The position numbers and the translations under genes are program-made. DNA of 64,000 bases from Aquificota bacterium (lineage in GTDB: Bacteria; Aquificota; Aquificia; Desulfurobacteriales; DQVG01), in assembly GCA_027002265.1 (NCBI GenBank), contig JAMOTM010000056.1, forward strand, positions 30,977 through 94,976, in the 5' to 3' direction. The notes under the pieces were generated by a model that did not search any database, had not been told where the DNA came from, and saw only the letters and a list, made by a program, of their open reading frames with translations. Positions within the stretch are counted from its first letter, which is position 1. The number at the start of each line of letters is the position of its first letter. This document shows, piece by piece, positions 29,110 through 37,016 of this stretch.

Positions 29110-30402
29110 ATGATAAAGGAAATATCTCCTATAACAAGAATAGAAGGTCACCTTAAAGTAGAGGTAGAGACCTCTCAAAATGTGGTAAAAAAAGCAAAAA
29201 TAGTTGGGGAAATGTATAGAGGTATAGAAAAAATTGTTGAAAATAGGCATTTTATGGATCCCATAAGAATAGTTCAAAGAGTTTGTGGACTTTGCTGTGA
29301 AGTTCATGGACTTGCTTCATGTAAAGCTATTGAAAACGCAATAAATGCTCCAGTTGAACCAAATGGAGACAAAATAAGAGATTTAATTATTTGTTTGAAT
29401 ATAATTAATGATCATTCTCTACATTTTTATCAATTAACTTTACCCGATTATATAGATTTTAGCGTTTTAGAAAATGTTCCTCTTTTTTTAAAAAATCCTC
29501 CTAAAGCTCCAGATTTAATTAGGGATAAAATAGTTGCAAAAAAATTTTTAAAAAAATATTTAGATTCCTTTAAATTAAGAACTAGAGTTTGTCAAGGAAT
29601 TGCTATCTTAGGAGCTAAAACTCCATTTGCTCACGCCATTTTAGTAGGTGGAGTTTCTACGAATATAAGAACAGATGATGTAGGATTTTTTGTATCTTTA
29701 CTAAATGATGTAAAAGACTTTTTAGAGGAATATAAAAAAGATATTTTATTTTTAGCGGAAAACTTTAAACATTTATTTGATATAGGAAAAGGCCCTGGAA
29801 ATTACCTTTCAGTTCCTCACTTATATGTTCCGGGTAAAGTTTTAATAAATGGAAAAGAAGAAGAATTTGATGTTTCTTATGTTACGGAAGATGAACCTAA
29901 ATATGGATTTATAAAAACTCCAAGATATAAAGGATATGTAGTTGAAACAGGCCCTTTAGCTGAATGTATTTTAACGAAAAATAAAGAGTTTTATGATTTA
30001 TTAAAGAAATTAAATGTTCCAAAAGAAAAAGCTAACTCCTTAATGGGACGGCTTCTTGCAAGATATGTAGATAGCTTAATGGCTTATAGATATGCAAAAG
30101 ATCTTGTAGATAGTATTTTGGCAAAAGGAAATAATATTTATTGGAAAGATCCAAAGGGACTTTATGAAGGAGAAGGTTATGGTTTTGTAAAAGCTCCAAG
30201 AGGAGCTTTAATTCATTATATAAAAATTCAAGATAGTAAAGTGAAAAAATACTCTATTATTTCTCCATCTACTTGGAATTTTTCTGCAGGTGGTCCTGTA
30301 GAAATAGCTTTAAAGGGATGCCCGGTAGAAAGTGAAGATTTAGTAAATGTAGGAAGAATAATAAGAAGCTTTGATCCATGTACAGCGTGCTCTATTCAGT
30401 AG
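29110..30402 (+). CDS. [NiFe]-hydrogenase large subunit (short form, no C-terminal extension)
   Basis: N-terminal ITRIEGH and RVCGLCCEVH (RxCGxCxxxH). C-terminal Ni-Fe ligand pair in FDPCTACSIQ, immediately followed by TAG. RBS GGAGG. Confidence 0.9.
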   Translation: MIKEISPITRIEGHLKVEVETSQNVVKKAKIVGEMYRGIEKIVENRHFMDPIRIVQRVCGLCCEVHGLASCKAIENAINAPVEPNGDKIRDLIICLNIINDHSLHFYQLTLPDYIDFSVLENVPLFLKNPPKAPDLIRDKIVAKKFLKKYLDSFKLRTRVCQGIAILGAKTPFAHAILVGGVSTNIRTDDVGFFVSLLNDVKDFLEEYKKDILFLAENFKHLFDIGKGPGNYLSVPHLYVPGKVLINGKEEEFDVSYVTEDEPKYGFIKTPRYKGYVVETGPLAECILTKNKEFYDLLKKLNVPKEKANSLMGRLLARYVDSLMAYRYAKDLVDSILAKGNNIYWKDPKGLYEGEGYGFVKAPRGALIHYIKIQDSKVKKYSIISPSTWNFSAGGPVEIALKGCPVESEDLVNVGRIIRSFDPCTACSIQ

Positions 30403-30517
30403 GAAATTAATTTTTATAAAATAAATTTAAAATGGAAACTTAAAACTAATAAGTTTATTGGACGAAAATAATAAAAAAAATTTTTGGGATAAGGGGTCTT
30501 TTTAGGAGGAAATAAAA

Positions 30518-31441
30518 ATGAAAACTACTCGAAGAGAACTTTTAAAATATTTAGGTAGCTTAGCTGCTCTTTTAGGACTTCCAAAAAGTGTGGGAAAAGC
30601 TTATGCTGAAACTTTACGAAAACTTAAGGAAGGAAAAACTAAAATAATAATTATTTCTGGTCAGGCTTGTTCAGGATGTATTTTATCTGCAACTTATTCG
30701 GATGGTCCTTTTTTTGATGATTTAGTTATTATGATAAAAAATATTTTACATCCAACTTTAGCAGCTTCTCAGGGGAAAAATTTTATAAAAGAACTTTATA
30801 AAGTTATAGATGAAGGAGATTATATTTTAACTACGGAAGGTGCTGTTCCGGGAGAGGAAAAGTACTGTGAATTTGGTGGAAAACCTTATTCTGAAATTCT
30901 TTTAGATGCAGTAAGAAATGCTAAATTTTTAGTAAATATGGGGACATGTGCCTCTTATGGGGGTGTCCCTGCAGCAAAAGGTAATCCTACAAAAGCTATG
31001 AGTGTGCCCGAGTTTTTAAAGAAAAACGGTGTAAATATTCCTTATGTAAATGTTCCAGGATGCCCAGTTAGAAGCGATAGAATACTTGCAACTTGGCTTT
31101 ATATAGCAACTTTTGATAAGCTTCCTCCTATAAATCAAAAAATTAATGCTCCAAAAATGTTTTATGAAGATATTATTCACTATAACTGCGAAAGATATCA
31201 GTACTTTACTCAAGATATATATGCTAAAAAACCTGGAGATAAATTTAAATGCCTTTTGGCCCTTGGATGTAGAGGACCTATAACTTATGGAGATTGTTCT
31301 TATAAACGCTGGAACTGTGGAAAAAATTATTGTATAGCCGCCGGAACACCTTGTATAGGTTGTTCTAATCCAAAATTTCCTTTTGATAAGCCAATTTATA
31401 CATCTCCACAAGAAGTTTTAAAAGGTTTAAAGATTCAATAA
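30518..31441 (+). CDS. [NiFe]-hydrogenase small subunit with twin-arginine (Tat) signal peptide
   Basis: Tat motif: MKTTRRELLKYLGSLAALLGL...AYA. FeS ligand motifs: GQACSGC, GTCASYGG, PGCPV, HYNCERY, CLLALGCRGP, CIAAGTPCIGCSNP. Confidence 0.9.
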   Translation: MKTTRRELLKYLGSLAALLGLPKSVGKAYAETLRKLKEGKTKIIIISGQACSGCILSATYSDGPFFDDLVIMIKNILHPTLAASQGKNFIKELYKVIDEGDYILTTEGAVPGEEKYCEFGGKPYSEILLDAVRNAKFLVNMGTCASYGGVPAAKGNPTKAMSVPEFLKKNGVNIPYVNVPGCPVRSDRILATWLYIATFDKLPPINQKINAPKMFYEDIIHYNCERYQYFTQDIYAKKPGDKFKCLLALGCRGPITYGDCSYKRWNCGKNYCIAAGTPCIGCSNPKFPFDKPIYTSPQEVLKGLKIQ

Positions 31442-31455
31442 GAGGGTGAGGAAAA

Positions 31456-33795
31456 ATGAGATTAAAGTATTTATTACCCGGAATATCTTTTGTAACTTTA
31501 TTGATTTTAGCAATAATTTTCTTCATATATTCTCAATATTCCATAAATTCCATAAAAAAAGAAAATATCAACTTAGCTAAAGCTTTAGGTAATACTGCTT
31601 TTAGTAGTGCTTATGATTCTTTACGAAAAGGTAATATGGTACTTTTTGATCATATTTTAAAGTCTATTGCTTCTCAAAAAATTATTCGTGAGTTTAGTTT
31701 AGCAGATAAAAATGGAGTAATAGAATACTCTTCAAATCCATCTTTACTTGGAAAAAAAATCAATATTGAAGAAATAAAAAAGAAATTTAAAATAAAAGAA
31801 TTAAAACCAGAAACAATGTATTTAACTTTAGATAAAAATGAGAAAGCAACTTTAGTTTTTAAAGCTATAAAAACAATTCCTTATTGTATTAGATGTCATA
31901 CTACCTGGAAGCTAGGAGAAATAAATTCCTATTATATTTTAAAAGTAGATGCAAGAAATATATTAACCGTAATAACTACAACCCGACTAGTGAACCTTCT
32001 TTACTTACTGGCAGCTATTGTTATTTTATTTATCACTTTATTCATTTTAAATCACCAATTTATCAGACCTCTTGAAAAAGTGAAAAGTGCTTTAAATGAA
32101 ATTTCTAAAGGAAATCTGAAAGTTAAACCTAAAATCTATGTAAATAACGAAATTCAGGAGGTTGCAAGAGCATTAAATAGAACTTTAAAAAATATAAATT
32201 TTATATTTTCTCAAATAAATGAGTTTGCAGAAAATGTAAATAAAGGTAATGTTTTTGTAAATATAGATTATGGACAAACTCAAGGAGATTTTAGGGCTAC
32301 CTTAGAAAAATTAAATGAAATAGTCAAAAATCTTCAAAAATTTGTGAAAGGATTAGAAGATGTTTTAAATAAAATTGAATCTATGAACATAGGAGTAAGT
32401 GTAAATGGAGCTTCTGCTCGGGGAAATTTAATAAAGATTTATGAGTATTTCCAAAAGGTATTTAATGATCTTAAAGAAACTATAGAAACAGTAACTAAAT
32501 CTATAAAAGAACTTTCTAGCAAACTTGCGGAAGGAGAATTTGAAACCGAGGATCCCCTTAAATATAAAGGAATATGGCAAGATATTGTTATATCTTTAAA
32601 TGCTATTGTAAATAGTATTGAAAAAGTAACTACCTATTTAAAAAGAATTCTTGAAGATACTATAAATGGAAAATCTTCTCAAATTGATATAGAAGAGTTT
32701 AAAGGAATTTATAGAGAAATTATTGAAAATCTTTTAGATTTTCAAAATAAACTTAAAGAAGCAATTAAAGAAGTTCAAAATATTTCTAAAGCTATTGCAG
32801 ATGGTAATTTTGATACATCTTTAAATACAGCTAGTTTACCACCGGCTCTATTACCAATAGGAGAGGCTGTGGAAGATATAAAAAATAATATTAACCGTGT
32901 TATTGTTGCTCTTGATAAAGCTATTAAAAAAATGGCCATGGGAGATTTATCTGTTCGTATAAATGAAAACGAATTTAAAGGTAAGTATAAAGAAATTGCC
33001 AAAATGTTTAATTATGGAGTTAGACAGCTTGCTCAAGCCATTGCAGTTTCTTTATCTACTTTTGAACTTATTGGTGAAAGAGTAGAAAAAACAATTCAGG
33101 AACTTATGAAAACCATAAATACCTTCAACATGCAAAATAAAAAGACTGAAGAAATTTCTCAGGAAATCCTACGTCTTATTGACGTTCTAAGGAATTTAAA
33201 GAAAGAAATGGATAGGGTAAAACAAATTTCCAGGGTTACCGAGGAAGATTTAGTGAAAACTCAGGAATCCTTTGAACATATTGCAAATATTCTTAAAACC
33301 CGTCTAGAAGAACTTGATAAGATCGTTGATATTATTCTTTCTATTTCTGAGCAAACAAATTTACTTGCCTTAAATGCGGCAATTGAAGCGGCCCGTGCTG
33401 GAGAAATGGGAAGAGGTTTTGCAGTAGTTGCAGATGAAGTTAGAAAGCTCTCAACTCAAGTTTCCGAACAAGCTAATGAAATACGTTCTACTATTTCTCA
33501 ACTTTCAGATGATATTAGAAAATATATCTTTGAAAATCTCTCTAAGCTTCTTGAAAATATTAAAAATAGCATGAATAACCTTTTAGATGTTATTGAAAAA
33601 GTATCTACCACTACCGAAAAAGAAGCATCTCAAGCTGAAAAATCTAAAGAAGATATTATTGCGCTTGAAAATCTTGCAAAAGAATCTAGCGAAAAAATTA
33701 AGAAAATTGTGGAAGACTTTAAAAAGGTTGAAGAACTTCTTACAGATTTATCCGAAGTATCTAAGAAATTTAAAGTTGGAGATTTAAAGAAATAA
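31456..33795 (+). CDS. Methyl-accepting chemotaxis protein with periplasmic CXXCH (heme c) sensor domain and poly-HAMP-like array
   Basis: TM1 about aa 6-25 and TM2 about aa 176-199. Periplasmic loop with C144-I-R-C147-H148 (nt 31885-31899), the only Cys residues in 779 aa. About 400 aa of repeated HAMP-like units. Canonical hairpin [35 protein letters not shown]. Confidence 0.9.
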   Translation: MRLKYLLPGISFVTLLILAIIFFIYSQYSINSIKKENINLAKALGNTAFSSAYDSLRKGNMVLFDHILKSIASQKIIREFSLADKNGVIEYSSNPSLLGKKINIEEIKKKFKIKELKPETMYLTLDKNEKATLVFKAIKTIPYCIRCHTTWKLGEINSYYILKVDARNILTVITTTRLVNLLYLLAAIVILFITLFILNHQFIRPLEKVKSALNEISKGNLKVKPKIYVNNEIQEVARALNRTLKNINFIFSQINEFAENVNKGNVFVNIDYGQTQGDFRATLEKLNEIVKNLQKFVKGLEDVLNKIESMNIGVSVNGASARGNLIKIYEYFQKVFNDLKETIETVTKSIKELSSKLAEGEFETEDPLKYKGIWQDIVISLNAIVNSIEKVTTYLKRILEDTINGKSSQIDIEEFKGIYREIIENLLDFQNKLKEAIKEVQNISKAIADGNFDTSLNTASLPPALLPIGEAVEDIKNNINRVIVALDKAIKKMAMGDLSVRINENEFKGKYKEIAKMFNYGVRQLAQAIAVSLSTFELIGERVEKTIQELMKTINTFNMQNKKTEEISQEILRLIDVLRNLKKEMDRVKQISRVTEEDLVKTQESFEHIANILKTRLEELDKIVDIILSISEQTNLLALNAAIEAARAGEMGRGFAVVADEVRKLSTQVSEQANEIRSTISQLSDDIRKYIFENLSKLLENIKNSMNNLLDVIEKVSTTTEKEASQAEKSKEDIIALENLAKESSEKIKKIVEDFKKVEELLTDLSEVSKKFKVGDLKK

Positions 33796-33872
33796 AAAAT
33801 TAAATCGAAAAGTTAAAATTTATAACAAATAAGGCGATTTAATAAAGAAAACTAAATAGGAAGGAGGAGAAA

Positions 33873-34151
33873 ATGAAAAAGTTGTTAGCAATTTTAGGTA
33901 TATTGTTTGGAACAGCTTTTGCTCAATGCTATGTACCTTGTCAAACTTGCGTATCTGGATATGTTGTAATGTATCCCGGAACATATGTTCCAAATGTTTG
34001 TAATAATCCTTGTTGCTGTGAATACTGTAGTTTTTGTTATTCTTCTTGCTGTTTGCCTTCAGGGTGTATTTACGGCCCTGTTAATTGTCCAACATGTTAT
34101 CCAACATGCTGCCCAACTCAGTCTATAATTGTTAATCAAGTGGCAAACTAA
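33873..34151 (+). CDS. Secreted cysteine-rich small protein (16 Cys in the 75-aa mature part)
   Basis: Strong RBS GGAAGGAGGAG. Signal peptide MKKLLAILGILFGTAFA|Q. The mature part is C/P/Y/T/V-rich, with CCC, CC, CxxC and CxC runs and no K, R, H or D. Confidence 0.7.
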   Translation: MKKLLAILGILFGTAFAQCYVPCQTCVSGYVVMYPGTYVPNVCNNPCCCEYCSFCYSSCCLPSGCIYGPVNCPTCYPTCCPTQSIIVNQVAN

Positions 34152-34161
34152 GGAGGAAAAA

Positions 34162-34509
34162 ATGAAAAAAATATTTATATCTTCTTTAGTAGTCACATCC
34201 TTCCTTCTTGTAGGTTGTGAATGTACTGATGTACAAACAACTCCTCCGCAAACTACTTCTTTTCAAGCCAATATTCCACAAATTCAAACATGTGATGCAT
34301 GTGCTAATCAAACAAGTACAAAAATTACGAAGATTTTACCTACTGAAAAAAAAGTAATTCAAAATGTAATAACCGTAAATCCAAAACCAATATGTACTTG
34401 CCCAAGCATACCAATGGTTCCAGCAAATTATTTTGTAACATATGAACCACTTAATGATTATCCAGTCACCTATAAGACAAAATACACAGAACCTTGCTCT
34501 TGCTACTAA
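34162..34509 (+). CDS. Small lipoprotein with four CxC/CxxC pairs
   Basis: ATG 34162 preceded by AGGAGG (34151-34156). Lipobox LLVGC. Cys pairs: CEC, CDAC, CTC, CSC. The ORF-track start 34129 lacks an RBS. Confidence 0.65.
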   Translation: MKKIFISSLVVTSFLLVGCECTDVQTTPPQTTSFQANIPQIQTCDACANQTSTKITKILPTEKKVIQNVITVNPKPICTCPSIPMVPANYFVTYEPLNDYPVTYKTKYTEPCSCY

Positions 34510-34521
34510 GGGGGATAAAAA

Positions 34522-35346
34522 ATGATAGAAATTATAATAAAAGCTATTTTTGCTATAGCTCAAGTAGTAAATTTAAATACAGTATATACGTATACACCTT
34601 ATACCAAACCTACAATACAACCTTATAATCCAACCTTGCCTTCTACACAACTTAACTTGCAAAATTCCCCAAAAATTGTATATCCTTTACCTCAAAATAC
34701 TAATAATTTACCTAGAGCAGCTCAACCTGTACCCCCGCTAACCTATCAACCTCAAAGAAGATCTAATACAGTTCAAAATATTCAAATATATACAACTTTT
34801 CCAAAAGCTTCATATTTACCATCTATATCAAGAAAAGGTATACTTTTACCTATTTTACCTTCAAGAACAAAAATAGGATACTTAAATTCAAATATTATCT
34901 TTTTAGCTGATCAACTTTTAAGAAATATGGATAAGGAATTTAAAAAATATCCCGTTATTGTAACTACATTTGTAAATTTAAATAATTTTAAAGAAACAAG
35001 TGATTTAGGAAGACTACTAAAGGAAAATTTAGTTCATGAACTTCAAGTAAGAGGTTGGAAGGTTATTGATATTAATTATATGCCTAAAATTGTTGTAAAT
35101 AAATATGGAGAATTTGTTTTAACAAGAGATATGAAACGTATTATAAAAAAATATAAAGTTGCCTCAATTTTAGCTGGAACTTATACAGTAGCTGATAATT
35201 CTCTAATTGTAAATGCTAAAATTATAGATGCAAAAAGTGGTCTTATTATTTCAACCGGACAATTTGAGATTCCTTTAGAATTTGTTGAGGATTTATTAAA
35301 AAATAGTTCTTTAAAACCTGTTGAAATTATAGTAACGGGAGAATAA
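34522..35346 (+). CDS. Envelope protein: P/Q/T/Y-rich low-complexity N-terminal half + FlgO-like (LpoB/CsgG/TolB-N-like) C-terminal domain
   Basis: RBS AAGGGGGA. The C-terminal VIVTTFVNLNNFKETSDLGRLLKENLVHELQVRGWKVIDI ... ILAGTYTVADNSLIVNAKIIDAKSGLIIS fits the FlgO-family pattern as I remember it. Confidence 0.5.
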   Translation: MIEIIIKAIFAIAQVVNLNTVYTYTPYTKPTIQPYNPTLPSTQLNLQNSPKIVYPLPQNTNNLPRAAQPVPPLTYQPQRRSNTVQNIQIYTTFPKASYLPSISRKGILLPILPSRTKIGYLNSNIIFLADQLLRNMDKEFKKYPVIVTTFVNLNNFKETSDLGRLLKENLVHELQVRGWKVIDINYMPKIVVNKYGEFVLTRDMKRIIKKYKVASILAGTYTVADNSLIVNAKIIDAKSGLIISTGQFEIPLEFVEDLLKNSSLKPVEIIVTGE

Positions 35347-35356
35347 AAGGAAAATA

Positions 35357-35938
35357 ATGAAAAAATTTTTATCCCTTTTTCTTGTAGGAGCGGGATTTCT
35401 CCCGCTCTACTCTTGTGTTTATCAGGAAGATGTTACACCTTATTATATTGACAAATATTCTGAGCCTATTTCATACGCCAATATAAAGTATGTTCCTTTA
35501 GATGATCTTTTAAATCACATAAAACCTCAAGAAATAAAATATGTTTTTGATAAAATAGTAATCTCTATGTGTCCATGTATATGTAAATATAATAAAGTTA
35601 TTGTTACAGATTTACCAAATCTTTCTTATTTAAAAGTAGATAAGCTTTCCTCTTATTTTGGAGATACTTTAAGAACATCTGTTTCAGATATGTGTCATAA
35701 ACCTACCATTTTAGCTGAATTTTCAAAGTATCTAAAGATAAATACTCTTGGAATAAAAGTAAGAAGTAGAAAAGTAAATGATCTATTAAATAAAAAGTAT
35801 AAAGGATATTCTGTAGCTTTTTTAACAGGAACTTATCAAATAAATAATGATAAAATTACTGTGTTTGTAAAGTTTATAGATGCAAAAACTGGGAAGATTC
35901 TTTGTGCCAAGGAAGGTATTATAAATATATATCCTTAA
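35357..35938 (+). CDS. Lipoprotein with FlgO-like C-terminal segment
   Basis: Signal plus lipobox-like FLPLYSC. C-terminal VAFLTGTYQINNDKITVFVKFIDAKTGKIL repeats the motif of the preceding gene. Confidence 0.45.
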   Translation: MKKFLSLFLVGAGFLPLYSCVYQEDVTPYYIDKYSEPISYANIKYVPLDDLLNHIKPQEIKYVFDKIVISMCPCICKYNKVIVTDLPNLSYLKVDKLSSYFGDTLRTSVSDMCHKPTILAEFSKYLKINTLGIKVRSRKVNDLLNKKYKGYSVAFLTGTYQINNDKITVFVKFIDAKTGKILCAKEGIINIYP

Positions 35939-35959
35939 TTTACTTTAGGGAGGTAAAAT

Positions 35960-36307
35960 ATGAGTGAATGTATATTTTGCAAGATTATAAATAGGGAAAT
36001 TCCCTCTGAAATTGTATATGAAGACGATAAAGTAATTGCCTTTAAAGATATTAATCCTCAAGCTCCTATTCATATTCTTATTTGTCCAAAAAAACATATA
36101 GAAACTGTAAATGATATAAAAGAGGAAGATAAAGATCTTATTGGTCACATATTTTTAGTAGCTAAAAAAATTGCAAAAGATTTGAATGTAGCTGAAAGAG
36201 GTTATAGAATCATAGTTAATTGTAACAAAGAAGGTGGCCAAGAAATCTATCATATTCATTTTCATTTTTTAGCAGGAAAACCACTTGGAAAACTTGTTTG
36301 TCCTTAA
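35960..36307 (+). CDS. HIT-family (histidine triad) nucleotide hydrolase
   Basis: Motifs: CIFCKII, AFKDINPQAPIHILICPKKH, histidine triad HIHFHFLAG. Confidence 0.93.
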   Translation: MSECIFCKIINREIPSEIVYEDDKVIAFKDINPQAPIHILICPKKHIETVNDIKEEDKDLIGHIFLVAKKIAKDLNVAERGYRIIVNCNKEGGQEIYHIHFHFLAGKPLGKLVCP

Positions 36308-36362
36308 CTAATATTTATATTTAAAAGTAAGTGAATCTAAATTGAGAAAATGGAGCTACTTT

Positions 36363-36971
36363 ATGAAAGGTTTTGGTTATTACAAAGAAAAACTTTCAAA
36401 CCGTCAAATCCCCATTTTTGCAGATTTAGACTTAAATCTTGATAAAGGAATAGTTTTTATAAAAAATATACGTCCCTCAACTTTAGCAGCCATTTTAAAA
36501 TTTGGAGATTTAATGGAATTTGTCTTTACAGATAAAGATAATAAGTCAAAAGATATAGTTTTAGAGATCGTAACGGAGACTGCTCCTGGTATATATCAAG
36601 GAAAAATACTAAAGCTTTCTGAAAATAAAAGAAGATTTCCCCGTTTTAATGTTAGAAACTTAGATGTAAGAGTTATTGTTGCCGGAACTTACTTTGGATT
36701 TTTAAGAGATATTTCTTTAAGGGGTTTTTCGGTAGAAATAAAGGAAGTTCCCGATAAACTTTTTTTAAAAAAAACTTATCCTGTGAAAATACTTTATAAA
36801 GGTAAAGAATATAAGTTCTCTTCTCAACTGGTAGGTATGTCATATGATGATGAGAAAGAATGTTATATTCTTAGATTCAGAATTTTAGAAAGTTTAAGAA
36901 ATATTAAACTTATAGATGAACTTTATAAAAAACTTTTTGAAGATGAGTTAAAACTATTTCTAAGTTCCTAA
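36363..36971 (+). CDS. PilZ-domain c-di-GMP receptor protein
   Basis: PilZ motifs RRFPR (RxxxR) and DISLRG (DxSxxG). ATG 36363 with GGAG upstream is preferred over TTG 36342. Confidence 0.75.
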   Translation: MKGFGYYKEKLSNRQIPIFADLDLNLDKGIVFIKNIRPSTLAAILKFGDLMEFVFTDKDNKSKDIVLEIVTETAPGIYQGKILKLSENKRRFPRFNVRNLDVRVIVAGTYFGFLRDISLRGFSVEIKEVPDKLFLKKTYPVKILYKGKEYKFSSQLVGMSYDDEKECYILRFRILESLRNIKLIDELYKKLFEDELKLFLSS

Positions 36972-37016
36972 CAATTTGAAATTAGAGTTTAAATTACTTT
37001 AGCTTTTATTGAAAGG

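Noticed and set aside
29110-30402. Possibility of a [NiFeSe] (selenocysteine) hydrogenase or a read-through C-terminal extension.
   Set aside because: The C-terminal ligand motif is DPCTAC with ordinary TGT/TGC Cys codons and no in-frame TGA. The ORF ends with TAG, followed by AT-rich non-coding sequence.
31016-31411. 131-aa reverse ORF inside the hydrogenase small-subunit gene. Similar antisense or out-of-frame ORFs occur at 1249-1617, 7289-7586, 8004-8228, 9392-9646, 12127-12837, 15305-15493, 20623-20901, 22977-23219, 25203-26027, 27255-27944, 29089-29307, 31893-33787, 34336-34563, 35945-36148, 37114-37554, 41281-42822, 46294-46476, 49691-49873, 54417-54629 and 56151-56336.
   Set aside because: Each overlaps a gene with strong family motifs on the other strand or frame. 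None has a convincing RBS or a recognisable domain.
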